A DNA stretch of 63,965 nucleotides, filler included, from Octopus bimaculoides (lineage: Eukaryota): the NCBI RefSeq assembly GCF_001194135.2. It is 5 parts of 5 records of this genome, joined end to end, with 100 filler letters (N's around TTAATTAATTAA, not from the genome) between each part and the next. Parts side by side here need not be neighbours in the genome. Positions count along the whole stretch, not along the records: positions 22,403 to 53,376 come from NC_069009.1; 4 more parts are not named here. One strand, 5' to 3'. The position numbers and the translations under genes are program-made. Shown in pieces: positions 34,155 to 47,689 of the stretch (the stretch's first letter is position 1; each line of letters begins with the position of its first letter). Under the pieces are notes generated by a model, which saw only the letters and a list, made by a program, of their open reading frames with translations, ran no database searches and had not been told where the DNA came from.

Positions 34155-37100
34155 CTTTACATGTGTATACTACACGTATGCACACATGCTGCTTGCACAC
34201 GTAATGATGAAAGAAAAATTTCAGTAACATAAAGCATGAGTGATGAATGGTTAAGTGGAATGAGGGAAATCTACTACCTTATTCACTTAATCCTTTTTCA
34301 CACTGTGTTGCAATGCAGCCAAATGCACCAGTATGCAATTTTGTGACAATCAGGGGTGTGAGCATCCCAAAATTTATTCAAACATACTGTGTCTAGGACT
34401 ACATTATATAACGTATACTAGAGTAGTTAGTATAAGTAGGTATACTTATTGTTGTTGTTCTCTAGCTCTAGGTCAATTCTTCATTCAACAGACCTACAAT
34501 CGAATATGTTTCATCCGTGACCATCCCATCATTTATTCAAGGCGTATCAAAATTCTACTTACCTACGCATTTCTTTGTCGTCTCATCCACTTTGTACCCA
34601 AATTTACAGTCACAATTGTAGGATCCCGGGGTGTTATAACAGGAAGCAGTAGATGGACAGGGGGAAGGTTTCCATAAACATTCGTTGACATCTGAAAATT
34701 GAAACAAAAACTTTGCATAAATATGTGTGTGTGTGTTTGAGTGTATATATATNNNNNNNNNNNNNNNNNNNNNNNNNNNNNNNNNNNNNNNNNNNNNNNN
34801 NNNNNNNNNNNNNNNNNNNNNNNNNNNNNNNNNNNNNNNNNNNNNNNNNNNNNNNNNNNNNNNNNNNNNNNNNNNNNNNNNNNNNNNNNNNNNNNNNNNN
34901 NNNNNNNNNNNNNNNNNNNNNNNNNNNNNNNNNNNNNNNNNNNNNNNNNNNNNNNNNNNNNNNNNNNNNNNNNNNNNNNNNNNNNNNAGTTGCATTTCCT
35001 CGCGTTCGGTAAAAATGTGTTTTTGATGGTAGTCTGACCTTAGAGTCCTTCATAGCGTGAGGCATTATTGTATAGTAATGCCCTTATATAAATATATATA
35101 TACAGGGTTATAAAAAAAAAATGAACAGATTTCATTACGCAATATTTTAATAAGGAAAAAGCAACAGAAAACTCTACCTCCGTTTCAAGTATTTACCCAC
35201 AATCAACTTTTATTTCCTGTCTTACAAGTGTTCAATGTGGCCACCACTTGCAGCACGAGTAGCATCAATGCGATAAGAGAATTCTTCCCAGACGCGTATC
35301 AGTATATCAAATGTAGGTTCATTATGGAACTAAAGAATAAATTTGCTTTACTTGAGGCGATTCCAGAAGATATTGACATAGAAGGGAAATGGAAAAACTT
35401 CGATAAAGCATTCAACCAGACAGCCTAAGAAGTACTCAGTGGATCGCAATAATATCAATAGAATGGAGAGGGTCGATGAGGTGTCGTACAAGCCTTATTG
35501 GACCTAAAACTCTGCACAGGCATTGCTGACCTCTGCTCGATATGTGCTGTTTTTTTTCTATATATATTTATTTTATTTTCAGTATATATTTATCTCAATT
35601 TTTAGTATATACTTATTTATTTTTTAGTATACATTTATTTTATTTTTATTCGGAAGTCCTGCGGTGATGGGAAGGTGGTGAAGCATGCAGTTCTGACGGA
35701 TTGGAAGTATGTAGTCAATGACTGCATACTTCCAATCCGTAGGCAGCACATGCTGGATACAAAGTCATTTCCTTGCCGCTCAACACAGCGGTAGGATTCG
35801 GTGCCTGCATGGGTGTCTGAACAGCTCCATTTGGAAAGGGCACTGTTCACAAAAAATTGCCTGTCTTTCTATATCTGGTCAGTTTAGCGCAGCTAACAGA
35901 TGTCCACCCTGCGCTCGAAAAACAAGGAGACTTTTATTTACAAAATCTGCATGGACCTTGAACATTTCATGTTTGATTGTGCGCACTCTGTTGGATAACA
36001 AGAGTGATTGTAGGCCTGAAAGTTGCACTGCACTTGTTGCTCGCAAGCTGAACCGCTATAACATTGGCATAGCTGCACTTTCAGAGAGACACGTATAGAA
36101 CGTGATGGTCAGCTTGAGGAAGTAGGAGGTGGATACACCATTTCTTAGAAGGGGAGGCAGGAGAAGGAGTGTAGAGAGGCTGGTGTTGGCTTTGCAGTTC
36201 GATTTGATATCCTTAAGAAGTTGGAGGAGCTTCCTGTTCCTATAAATGAATGTCTAATCACTCTACGATTGCAACTGAAAGGTGGGCGGTTTGCTGCTCT
36301 AATAAGTGTCGATGCACCTATTTTGACTAGTTGTGATGAAGATAAAACTATTTTTGATACCCAGCTATTTTTGATACCCATACTTAGGAAAATATCCCAT
36401 TTTGATAAAGTCATTCTACTGGGGGATTTTAATACCAGGGTTGGAACAGACTGGTAAACATGGAACTCTCTAGGACGCTTTGGTTTAAGGTAAATGAATA
36501 ACAATAGTCTCATGCTACTGGAGCTTTGCCATGAACATGACTTTATATCGCAAGCACTCATTTCATGCACAAAGGGGATCACACAACAGCGTGAATGCAT
36601 CCATGATCTAGAGTTTGGCACTTAATGGAAAATGTCACCATCCGCAACTGTGACATCTATGACATTTGTAATGTCAAGTCCTTTCATGGATCGGAATGCT
36701 GGACAGACCAGAATCTGGTGTGAGCAAAGTTCCGGATGATGATTAGAGTGAAAGAGAGAAGAGGGTCGGTCAGCATTCCTTAGCGTGTGAATGTCCACAA
36801 GATATATGATGCTGTGTTGAGGAAAGAGCTTCAGACTCGCTTGTCCAGCATTGAATATACTACAGCATGGGAAGATTTTCGAGACCAGGTTCTTCAATGT
36901 GTTGCTGAAACACTGGGATATACTACTGCCAGACACAGAAACTGGTTTGATGAAAATGATTCTGAAGTTCAGCGACTATTGGTTGGAAGGTACCATGCCC
37001 ACAATGTATTGCTGCACAGAGGACATTCAGCTGCGCAGCGAAGTCTAGCACTATAGCAGTGTAAAATCACTACTGCAGTGATCTCTCAAGAAGATGCAGA

Positions 37101-40100
37101 ACACTTGGTGGGAGGATCTTGCTCGTGATGTTCAGGCCGCTGCTGATGCAAATGACAGCAAGAAGCTTTACCATCTTATGAAGCAAGTTTATGGGCCTAT
37201 GAGCTCCGCATCAGCTCCGCATTAGCTCCTTTGCTTTCCAAGGAGTCTTCTGCTCTATTTACCAAATCAACAGAAATCATAGGTCGCTGGATTGAACACT
37301 TCTCTGAATTCCTAAACCATGAGTCAGTTATGGATGAAACGGCGATTGATACTATGCAACAAAGACCTATCATTGGCTCCTTAAATTCCACGCTCCCGCT
37401 AGATGAGATAATGACATCAATAAGTAAATTGAATCTTGGTAGGGCACCTGGAAAGGACGGAATTTGTGCTGAGGTCTTGCGATTTGGTGGTGATTACATC
37501 ATACAGTCCCTTCATGAACTTATTACTGCAGTCTGGATGGATGGTGCAATGCTTAAGGACTGGAAGGATGCAATTATTCTTCCTTTCTATAAAGGAAAAG
37601 GAGCCAGATAATGTGTGGTAACTACAGAGGTATTTCTCTACTATCAGCAGCTGCCGAGGTTCTGGCAAATATTCTTCTTACCTGCCTGAATGGGTGTCTC
37701 GTAAATGATGTCCTATCTGAATCTCAACGTGGCTTCTGATCTGGTAGAGGGGCAATGGATATGATTTTCACAGCAAGACAGATGCAGGAAAAGTGCTATG
37801 AGCAGAATATGGATCTTGTTCAGGTTCTGGTATTCATTGATTTAACGAAGGCCTTTGATACTGTGAAAAGGGTCTGTGGAAAATACTTGGCAAGCTTGGG
37901 TGTCCGGATCACTTTGTATCTATAATTAAATCATTTCATGATGGGACGGAGGCTTGGGTCAATGTTGGTGGTAGCATGGCAGAACCCATTGCTGTAGAGA
38001 ATGGTGTCAAGCAGGGTGACATCCTTGCCCCAACTCTCTTTTCTTTGTACTTTGCTGCTACTTTTACTCATGCTTTTGCTAAGGTTAGCTCTCTGTGAAT
38101 ATATGCCAAATATCGATCTTCTGGCCGCCTCTTTAATTTGCGCCGATTTGCTTCCAATTCAAATATTTTCCAGTCGCTTATTCAAAACCTCCTTTATGCA
38201 GATGGCTATGACTTAGTCACTCATACAGTGGATGACATGCAAATACTTATGAATCGTATCCCTGCTTCTTGCCAGGCATTTGGACTCAGCATTATCCTGG
38301 ACAAGACTGTTGTAATGTTCCAGCCTGCACCAAGAAATCCATACGTGAAACCAGCTATCTTGGTGGAAGGAACAATTCTGAAAGTGGTAGACAAGTCTGT
38401 CTACCTGGGCAGCATACTCAGCCATTCTTGCTCCCTGGATGATGAAATATCTTTCAAACTGCAGGAAGCAACTGAGCCCTTCCAGTCTCTTCAGTCTCGT
38501 GTCTGGTCCCAGCATGGCATCACAAAGCAAACAAAATTTGTTGTGTACCGTGCAAGTGTACTGACATAGCTCCTTTACTCATGTGAGACATTGACCCTTT
38601 ACAAACGTCATGTAAGGGCTTTTGAAAGCATTCACCAAAGATGTCTCAGACACATTTTGAATGTTGGCTGGACCTTCAAATATCAACGGAGGACAGCTGA
38701 TATTTTGAGTATTGAGGCAATGGTGCACAAGCATCGGTTACGTAGGACTGGACACATTAGAATGAAGGATAGCAGGATCCCTAAACAGATGCTATATGGG
38801 GAACCTGTAATGAAAAAGAGACCCCGATAGACACCAAGGCTGCGATTTAAAGACTGTGACAATTTCTCATGAAAGGCCTGTGAAATGCAGGAAACTAACT
38901 GGTAGAGCAATGCCTCTCATCGCTACAGATGGAGGAAGCAGGTTAAGGAGGGAGTCGACACCTTTGAGAAATCACGTATTCTGCATGAAGAATTTAAGCG
39001 TGCTGCTTGAAATCGCATGGCTGGTGTAGTGAATGAGGGAAATCTTGGCTTGCAATGTTTGCAGTCGTGTATGCTTGTCAAGAGCAGGGCTCATTAGCCA
39101 CCAACCGAGCCGTATATGCAAAATATAAGTTAGTTCTAGAGCGTACAATGTTCCTGAAGGTCAGCAATGGTCTTTCTCGATCACGAGTGGACGGCCATCA
39201 TATATATATGAGAAATAATGGCACAAGAAAGTACCAATATTTGCTGGAAATAGCAGTCGATTATCGTTCAATTCTAGGTAAAGCTTCACTGAATGTAAAG
39301 AGGCAAAGATGTGGACAGGCGGCGAATATATAAAAAATGTTCATCTTATCTCTAGGAAGAACGCCAGAGAAATGGGCAACATAGTACTCGAGTTTCAGAC
39401 TTTTTATAATACGTTTGTTATCGTAAAACTGATTGGTTCTCGTCAGCTAGGTCCACCGAAGAGACTGAATTTAAAATATCCGCTGCATCAATGCCTGTAT
39501 ACTCGGCCATTTGTCCCAACCATAAACAGAACCGAGATCAGTGTAAAAGTTTTATATAAAAATATAAATATTATTACAATACAAAATATTATTGTATTGT
39601 AATAATGTGTGTGTGTGTGTGTGTGTGTATACACATATACATACAAACATATATACATATATATATATATAACTATTTATCAGTAGTTCTTTGACTGCTA
39701 TTTCTAAATTTTCAGTATGTTGGAGAAGCAACTCAATTGCTAATCCCTGTATATTTATAATGATAAATAGTTTTACCGATAAAGGTTTTTTTCATACTGA
39801 ACTACTTGGCAAAATTGTTAATTATTAATTCTATTATTAATTGANNNNNNNNNNNNNNNNNNNNNNNNNNNNNNNNNNNNNNNNNNNNNNNNNNNNNNNN
39901 NNNNNNNNNNNNNNNNNNNNNNNNNNNNNNNNNNNNNNNNNNNNNNNNNNNNNNNNNNNNNNNNNNNNNNNNNNNNNNNNNNNNNNNNNNNNNNNNNNNN
40001 NNNNNNNNNNNNNNNNNNNNNNNNNNNNNNNNNNNNNNNNNNNNNNNNNNNNNNNNNNNNNNNNNNNNNNNNNNNNNNNNNNNNNNNNNNNNNNNNNNNN

Positions 40101-40246
40101 NNNNNNNNNNNNNNNNNNNNNNNNNNNNNNNNNNNNNNNNNNNNNNNNNNNNNNNNNNNNNNNNNNNNNNNNNNNNNNNNNNNNNNNNNNNNNNNNNNNN
40201 NNNNNNNNNNNNNNNNNNNNNNNNNNNNNNNNNNNNNNNNNNNNNN

Positions 40247-40288
<42 letters not shown>

Positions 40289-40874
40289 GCATACACACGC
40301 ACACACACACACATATGTATGTGTGTGGTGTGTCTGTGTGTGTAGGTATATTTATATGTAATCTGTATAATAACCTCATAACGTGAATTTCAAAAGTTTC
40401 AATATCGTTATTAGCTACTGCATGGCATCCTACAGCAGCATCTTTTCCAAGGCCGGATAAACATGAAGAACTCCGCTTTTGAATTAGATTAATATAAGAA
40501 TAATAATGCTAAGATGGAAAATAGCAGGCTCTAATGACAAATCACATATTTTTCCGCACCGGACATTAGCTTCAAGTTGCTGAGTTTACATTCATATATC
40601 AGTGTATACGATTATTCTTTAGAATAACTATACAGGTAAGTATTTACCAGTGACAGCTGTGTGTTGGTGCTTTCTCTGGTGGAACGCAATCATATATACA
40701 TATGTGTGCGTGATTCATTTACAAAATATTCTTCCTCCTACTAACACGGAATGAAAACTTTTTTATGACAGGATCAAAGAGTTACATTATCACTAACTTC
40801 TTAGTCATGATGAGCGCAAGCGAAACCGGTCGACCACGTAATTATTGTATTTCACAAATTATACATACATGTAT

Positions 40875-40921
<47 letters not shown>

Positions 40922-42772
40922 TATATATATATATACGTACATATCTATGTACATATGTATGTGTATGTAAATGTGTGTGGAGAGCGAGAGGGAGGGGAGA
41001 AAGAGCAAGAAACAGCAAGAGAAAGCAAAACAAAACAGGAGAGTTTGTTTTTATAATTAGTTACACACACAAACAAAAGCATGGGCACACAGACATAAAA
41101 GAGTGTGAATGTGTTTACACCGCCACCATATCAATGTTGGTGCGGAGTGTAAGTGTGTGTGTACGTATTAGTGTGTGCGCGCTCGGGCGTGTGCGTGTGA
41201 AAGAGAGAGACTTACCAACACATTTGTTGTTTTCCATTCGGTATCCGCGGTTACATATACAAAGGTAGGATCCTCGAGTGTTGAGACATCGACCACTGGA
41301 AGAACACGGATTGCTTGCACACTCGTTGATGTCTGGAAATTGAAACAAATGCATCAGAAAAATATAGAACAGGCGAAGCAATGACAACAACATTCGTTGT
41401 AAACTGATCCGAGAAAACTCTAACCAGATTGGAGTACTTGCTTTACCGATTTTTAAGGGATAGTCGGGTTCTGTTGGCCAGGAAATCTGCTATCTGCTCT
41501 CAAAGCCCAATCCGTAGTGGCCTAGGAATGTCGTCCTTTACGAAGCGCCGGCACACACCGAGGCTGACGTACCTTCAGAAATATCTACATCGTTCCGATG
41601 GTATCTATGACGAAAATGAGAACGAGGCTGAACTGGTGTGAGCATCGTCGCCGTCACATGTCTTACCGCGCTGTAGGTCACCTTGACAGAGCTAGTCAGG
41701 GTTCAAGCATGGACCAAGACTAGGCGTTTGGCATTTTGTGTTTGAAGGCGCTCACAGCATCTTTGAACCAGCCGGACAAAGTCGTTCGCAGAAAAACAAC
41801 TCAAGATTTCTATAAGGAGCTAGTCAAGGGTATGAGTTCTTAAATAAAGGTCATGTTCTGCTGGTCAGAAAATTAAGCTGCTTTCAACATCCACTCCGTA
41901 GTGGTCTCAGAATGCATTCAGTGATAATGTACCGGCATACACTGAGGCCGACACCATCAAAAATATTTGATGAAGTTAACAACGACAACAAATACAAGTA
42001 CGAACTGATATGAGCGTTTTTCGTGGGTCGCACCTTTCCGCAACTCCTCTCCATGACCAAGCTGCAGTCATGGGTCAAGATTGGGCGTTTGGTATACAGT
42101 GTTGCCAGGCATTCACAGGATTGTACTAGCTGAAAAAGCCGTTAGCGGTTAAAAATGACTCAAGATTTCTATAAAAAATTGGTCGAGGATATGACTTCTT
42201 AAGGAAAGGTCAAGTTCTGCTGGTCAGGGTATTCATCTGGTGTCAACATCCACTCTGTGGGGGACTGGGAATGCAGTCATTAATAATGCAACGGTACGCG
42301 CTGAGGGTGACGAACCTGCAGAAATATCTAAATAGCTGCGGTGATGTCAACTACAACAGAGAAAACGAGGGCGAAATGGTGCAGGTGTCTTTCATATGAC
42401 ACCGCTTTTCACTGTCTGTCTTCTTGGTGAAGCTATAGTCATGGGACGAAGCTTAGGACGAAGCTTAGGCGACTGGCATCTAGAATGTTCCCAGGCGGCC
42501 TAAGCTGTGTCTTGCTGAAACATCATACCTCGAAACGACGAGAGTCCATCATATATATATTTTTCACAATAATCACAAATAACATCGGAACCTCAAACAA
42601 GACACATATATACTTAATTAATTCAATAATAGGATAAAATCTTTTACAAGAATTTTATCAAGAAGTTAGCGTGAAAAAACTCATAACGAAAAAAAACCCA
42701 GCATTTTCTATTCCCAAGAATATATTTATTTATTTATTTATTTAATTATGAGGCATTATTCTGTAGAAATGC

Positions 42773-42833
<61 letters not shown>

Positions 42834-44122
42834 TAAATAGATAGATAGATATATACATATATATATATATGTGTACATATATACATATATATATATATAT
42901 ATATTAGATATAAAAATGTATGTGTGTGTGTGTGTTATGTTAATAATATCTATAAGGCGGTGCATTTTCCATTCACCAAAGGGATGGAACCTTGGCCAGG
43001 AGGAACTGATGTCATCAGACGATATCCAACGTTCATCAGGAAATCGAGAGATGTGGAGCGTATGGACTAAATGGGACTCTCTAAGATGATGCTCACATGC
43101 ATTGACCTGTGGAGACTGTAACCGTTCCGCATCTCATCCCTGCTACGGATGGTGCATGACACACTCCCGATGCCATCGAACCTGCCATCGAACCTGCATC
43201 GAACCTGCACAGATGTGGTGGAGAAAAGGGCGCTGTGTCACACATCTTGGTAGGGTTGAAAATCGCACTTTATCAAGACATATATAGATGGCGCCATGAT
43301 AGGAAGAAGAAGGGAACAAGAAACACCATCACCAGAGGAAGGTAACAGCAGCAATTACGTTCATGAAAGAGGGGGAGGGGCAGTAAAGGCAGCAAAGACA
43401 ATACTTAGCTTGCTGCATGGATCTCAACCGTGGGGCATGAAAGTGGACCTAGAGGAGAGACTGCAGTTTCTCCAGGTCATCCATACAACCCTGAGGCCAG
43501 ATGTGTTCCTGTGGTCTGAAAAGGCCAAGGAAATTATCGTGATGGAACTCACAGTCCCATGGGTATAGGGGTATGATGAGGCCCACGAAAGGAAGTGTGC
43601 CAGATATGAGAGCTTTCTGCAGGATTGCAGGAGGAAGGAATGGCAGGTATGACTTTTTCCAGTCGGGGTTGGTTGAAGGGAGTTTCTACTCAGTCAGCAG
43701 AGCGGACGCTTACAGCTACTGGAATGAGAGGTAAGGAGCGAAGTGTGGCTGTGTACAAGATGGGAGAAGCAGCTGAAAGAGCCTTTTGTTGGTTTTGGAG
43801 CAAGGAAGAGGAGTTAAGCTAGGAAGGAGACGAGGAGCAGTGAGTTGGCCACCTCTGTTNNNNNNNNNNNNNNNNNNNNNNNNNNNNNNNNNNNNNNNNN
43901 NNNNNNNNNNNNNNNNNNNNNNNNNNNNNNNNNNNNNNNNNNNNNNNNNNNNNNNNNNNNNNNNNNNNNNNNNNNNNNNNNNNNNNNNNNNNNNNNNNNN
44001 NNNNNNNNNNNNNNNNNNNNNNNNNNNNNNNNNNNNNNNNNNNNNNNNNNNNNNNNATATATATATATATATATATACATCGAGATAGATAGATGGATGG
44101 ATAGATAGATAGATAGATAGAC

Positions 44123-44174
<52 letters not shown>

Positions 44175-46051
44175 GTGCAGCTGTATGGTAATCACACCGT
44201 TCTGAGTTCAGTCCCACTACGTGAAACCCTCGGAAAGTGTCTTCTACTATAATAGAAAGTGTCTTCTACGACCAGAGCCTTGTGAGTAGATTTCTTAGAG
44301 AGAAACTGAAAGAAGCCTGTCGTATGCATGTCTATATATATACACTTGTGTGTTTGTGTGCCTTTGAGTCTGTGATGTCCCTCTACACCGCTTGACAACC
44401 AGTACTAGTATGTTTACATTCCCATAACTTAGCGGTTCGGGAAAAGAAGCTGATAAATTTACTACTAGGCTTTAAAAAAAATAAGTACTGGCGTCGATAC
44501 TGCAAGGCATGACCACAAGCAAATGACTGACACAAGTAAAAGACAAAAGATATACATTCATACCTACATGCACATAGCAAATTTCCGGCATACAAATTGA
44601 TGTAGTGTATAGTGTAGACATGCAATATAAGACTTCAAGCGCTGTATTTCTAAATCTTGCTGCATTTCACATAGAAATTTTGGTCCTCAATGTTGGATAT
44701 AGGTATAATGTATAATGTATAATAATATATAGGTCGACCTAGCATTTCGGCTGGAAATTTTGGTCTGAAAAATTTGACTTTTATGCCCGGAAAATACGTT
44801 ACTTCACAAACGTAACTTACCAATACATCTGCTGTTATTTCTTTGGTATCCAGTTTTACAAACACATTTGTAGGATCCTAGAGTATTGTAACAAGTACCG
44901 GAGGGAAAACAGGGTCGCATCGCACACTCGTCGAAATCTGGACAAATAGATTGAAACCAAAATAAGAATAACGCATTTAAAAGAAAAATTAAATTATTCA
45001 TTAAAAGAGCCACCCACCCACTTTTATGTTGTGTGAAATTGTTAGGAATGTCGTCATCATCATCATCAGCAGCAGCAACAGCAGCAACAGCAGCATCTTC
45101 ATGACCATCATAGACCAGCCCCGGTTGTCAAGCGTTGATGGTGGTAGTGGTAGTGGGTCACACACACATACATATACACACACACGCACACACGCGCGGG
45201 CAAACACACACACACGTACATATATAATGAGGGCGCATGGCCTAGTGGTTAGGGTGTCTTATACACGATCGCGAGATCGCGGTTTGAATTCCTAGAGTGG
45301 GTGGTGCGTTGTATTCTTGAGCAAAAGCACTTCACTTCATGTTGCTCCATGATCATTTCAACACCTGACGTGTGGCACACTGTGCATTTCTGCAGGCAAA
45401 GTCGATTTGGTGGAGGGAGTCAGCTAATATACAGAACATGCGTTTGATCACTATAAACAAATCATTTATTGAGGTCGTTCGGCTAAAGCTGAACGCTTAT
45501 ACGTCATCAACGACGGGAGAGCCCATATTATATATATATATATATATATAGATAGATATATAGATAGATAGATATTCACCATGTTGGACCGATAAAATCT
45601 AAGAGTTTTTTCCATTCTCTTGTTGTGTTTATTTTCTCATATTCCTTTCTGTTGAAGAGCGTAGGCTCGAAATGTAAAAGACTTTTTCATTTTCCCGAGC
45701 GTCAAACTAATACACTTGATTGTTGTCCATACACTTGCCTTCGTCTTTTGGTTTTCTATAAATTTCATGGGAAGGTCCGGAGGCTATAGTAGTAGACACT
45801 TGCCCAAGTAGCTGCGCATGCAGCGGGATTGAACCCGAAACCACATGGGCACAAAGCGAGCCTCTGAACCACGCACCCATGGCTGGTAAATGAAAAGTGG
45901 ATAAAGCTTTTCTCATAGTTTGTTTACTTACCCACACATTTTCCATCGATCATTCTGTAACCACGTTTACATCCACACTCGTAGGACCCCTGAGTGTTGC
46001 GACAAAATGCCGAAGGATGGCACGGATTATTCTCCAAGCATTCATTGTAGT
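28992..46051 (-). CDS. Gene model B: tandem calcium-binding EGF protein (>=6 cbEGF exons), no transmembrane segment seen; 5' end unresolved
   Basis: join(46051-45932, 44937-44821, 41332-41216, 34691-34563, 32919-32803, 29224-28992). Each exon starts in phase 1 with D-x-[DN]-E-C and carries C-x-N-T-x-G-S-[YN]. Further exons could be hidden in N gaps. Confidence 0.85.
32803..32919 (-). CDS. Gene B exon: cbEGF 5 ([39 protein letters not shown])
   Basis: Acceptor tatttatttcatag, donor G|gtaagt, 117 bp, phase 1-1. Confidence 0.93.
34563..34691 (-). CDS. Gene B exon: cbEGF 4 ([43 protein letters not shown])
   Basis: Acceptor tttttgtttcaattttcag, donor G|gtaagt, 129 bp, phase 1-1. Confidence 0.93.
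   Translation of the reverse strand: MSTNVYGNLPPVHLLLPVITPRDPTIVTVNLGTKWMRRQRNA
35645..39205 (+). mobile_element. Near full-length, decayed RTE-clade LINE (AP endonuclease + RT)
   Basis: Motifs across frames: ELNRYNI-like [84 protein letters not shown]. Many stops and frameshifts. Antisense in a gene B intron. Confidence 0.93.
41216..41332 (-). CDS. Gene B exon: cbEGF 3 ([39 protein letters not shown])
   Basis: Acceptor tttgtttcaatttccag, donor G|gtaagt, 117 bp, phase 1-1. Confidence 0.93.
41430..42520 (+). repeat. Three diverged ~360-380-bp tandem units derived from a Tx1/L1-like ORF2 segment
   Basis: Recurrent anchors ctcaagatttctata (41801, 42159) and caacatccactc (41885, 42244). Peptides [57 protein letters not shown] and [27 protein letters not shown] resemble the post-RT F-L-W-x-G-K...GGLG motif. 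Confidence 0.6.
42955..43858 (+). mobile_element. 3' remnant of a REL-endonuclease LINE (R2/NeSL-like)
   Basis: [25 protein letters not shown]...[11 protein letters not shown]...[12 protein letters not shown], with stops and frameshifts. Confidence 0.85.
44821..44937 (-). CDS. Gene B exon: cbEGF 2 ([39 protein letters not shown])
   Basis: Acceptor caatctatttgtccag, donor G|gtaagt, 117 bp, phase 1-1. Confidence 0.93.
45932..46051 (-). CDS. Gene B exon: cbEGF 1 ([40 protein letters not shown]); absent from ORF track
   Basis: Acceptor tttacctttctatttcag, donor G|gtaagt, 120 bp, phase 1-1. Confidence 0.93.
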
Positions 46052-47689
46052 CTGAAATAGAAAGGTAAATATTTATTTCTTTATTGCTCACAGAGGGCTA
46101 AACATAGAAGGGACAAACAAAGACCGACAAAGGGATTAGATCGATAACATCGACCCCAGTGCGTAACTGGTACTTATTTAATCGATCCCGAAAGGATGAA
46201 AAGCAAATTCGACCTCGGTGGAATTTGAACTCAGAATGTAACAACAGACGATATACCGCTAAACGCTTCGCCCGGCGTGCTAACGTTTCTGCCAGCTCGC
46301 CGTCTTAGAAAAGTAAATATTGCATACATACATGTACTCAGTAATATTGCTAGTTTAATATGGAGGATATTTCCGGCCGGTTCCTGTTTTATTACATATA
46401 GGGCAGGGACTTAGTGGTTAGGGCATTCGGCTGATGACCGTAAGGTCATGAGTTCAGTTCCAAGTGACATGTTGTGTCCTTGATTAAAACACTTCACTTC
46501 ACGTTGATCTAGTCCGCTCAGCTGTAAATCGTAACTCTGCAACTAAATAGCCTTCCGGTCAGAGGAAGTATTGGCCTGCTCACGAAATGTTCTTTTTTTC
46601 CACGGGAGTTCCGGACTCTAGTTATGAACACATTTGCTTACAACCAATCAGAGCTCAACTATCAAACCAGTTTATAAGCGCATAACGAGTGATGGGCGAT
46701 AAAATAAGGTCAGTTGGGTAAGGAATGACCATGCTTCTTTTCGCTTTTAAGAATGATTGTTGTTCTTGTTCTTGTTTAAACCATGACTGGCTCTGAGTAG
46801 CTATTTGTGTTGTTGTTTACTTTGTAAAATAGTAAGAAGGGAGGGTTGCTAGCACATCACACTCCACCCGCATTTTCCCATCCACGTCTTTACCATATGG
46901 GACCCTAACAAACTCCGGTAATAGGTATAGATCCAAACCTATCTAATTACTTATCTCCTTTCAAAGTCAGGCATAACTTGATGATCGGTAGACTTACAAC
47001 ACCCTTCTTTGTCTCGAGTTTACTTGGTAGAGTGTGTTTGTTAATCTGATAACAAGGTCAAGGCGATCTCTGATTGGTTGTATGCAAATGAGTTCATTAC
47101 TGGGGTCCAGAACTTTCGTGGGAAAAAAATTTCGCGGCCTACTCGCCTAGCCACTCGAAAGCGAAAATAATACGAAGCGTATTGTAACCAGCGATGTATT
47201 ACAACATCCGACGGTCTGGTCGATACCGTGATGCCATGATATATGTAATAATTCAATTATATATTATACACTTTATTGTGCTTTATAATGCACGTGGTCC
47301 CCAAATCTGTGACGCAAACGTATATGGGGTCCACTTATGTAAGGGGTATTTCTGCTCAGTCTCAATTTTACTAAAAGGCTTGAAAGAAAGTCCTCTCGCA
47401 TATTAAGTCAAGTGCGTAAGGAGGATGAGACGAAACGTGTATATTTAAGTCTGTAATTCTTTAGTCTGAATTGATATACTGTTTTCAAATTTTGGCACAA
47501 GGCCAACAACTTCGAGAGAAGGAGTGAGTCGATAATATCGACCCCAATGCCTACCTGGTACATATCTTATCGATGCCGAAGGCAAAGTCGGCCTCGGCGG
47601 AATTTGAACTCAGAACAGACGAAATACCGCTAAGCATTTTGCCCGGCATACTAACGATTCTGCCAGCTCACCGCCTTTTTAATTGATAT

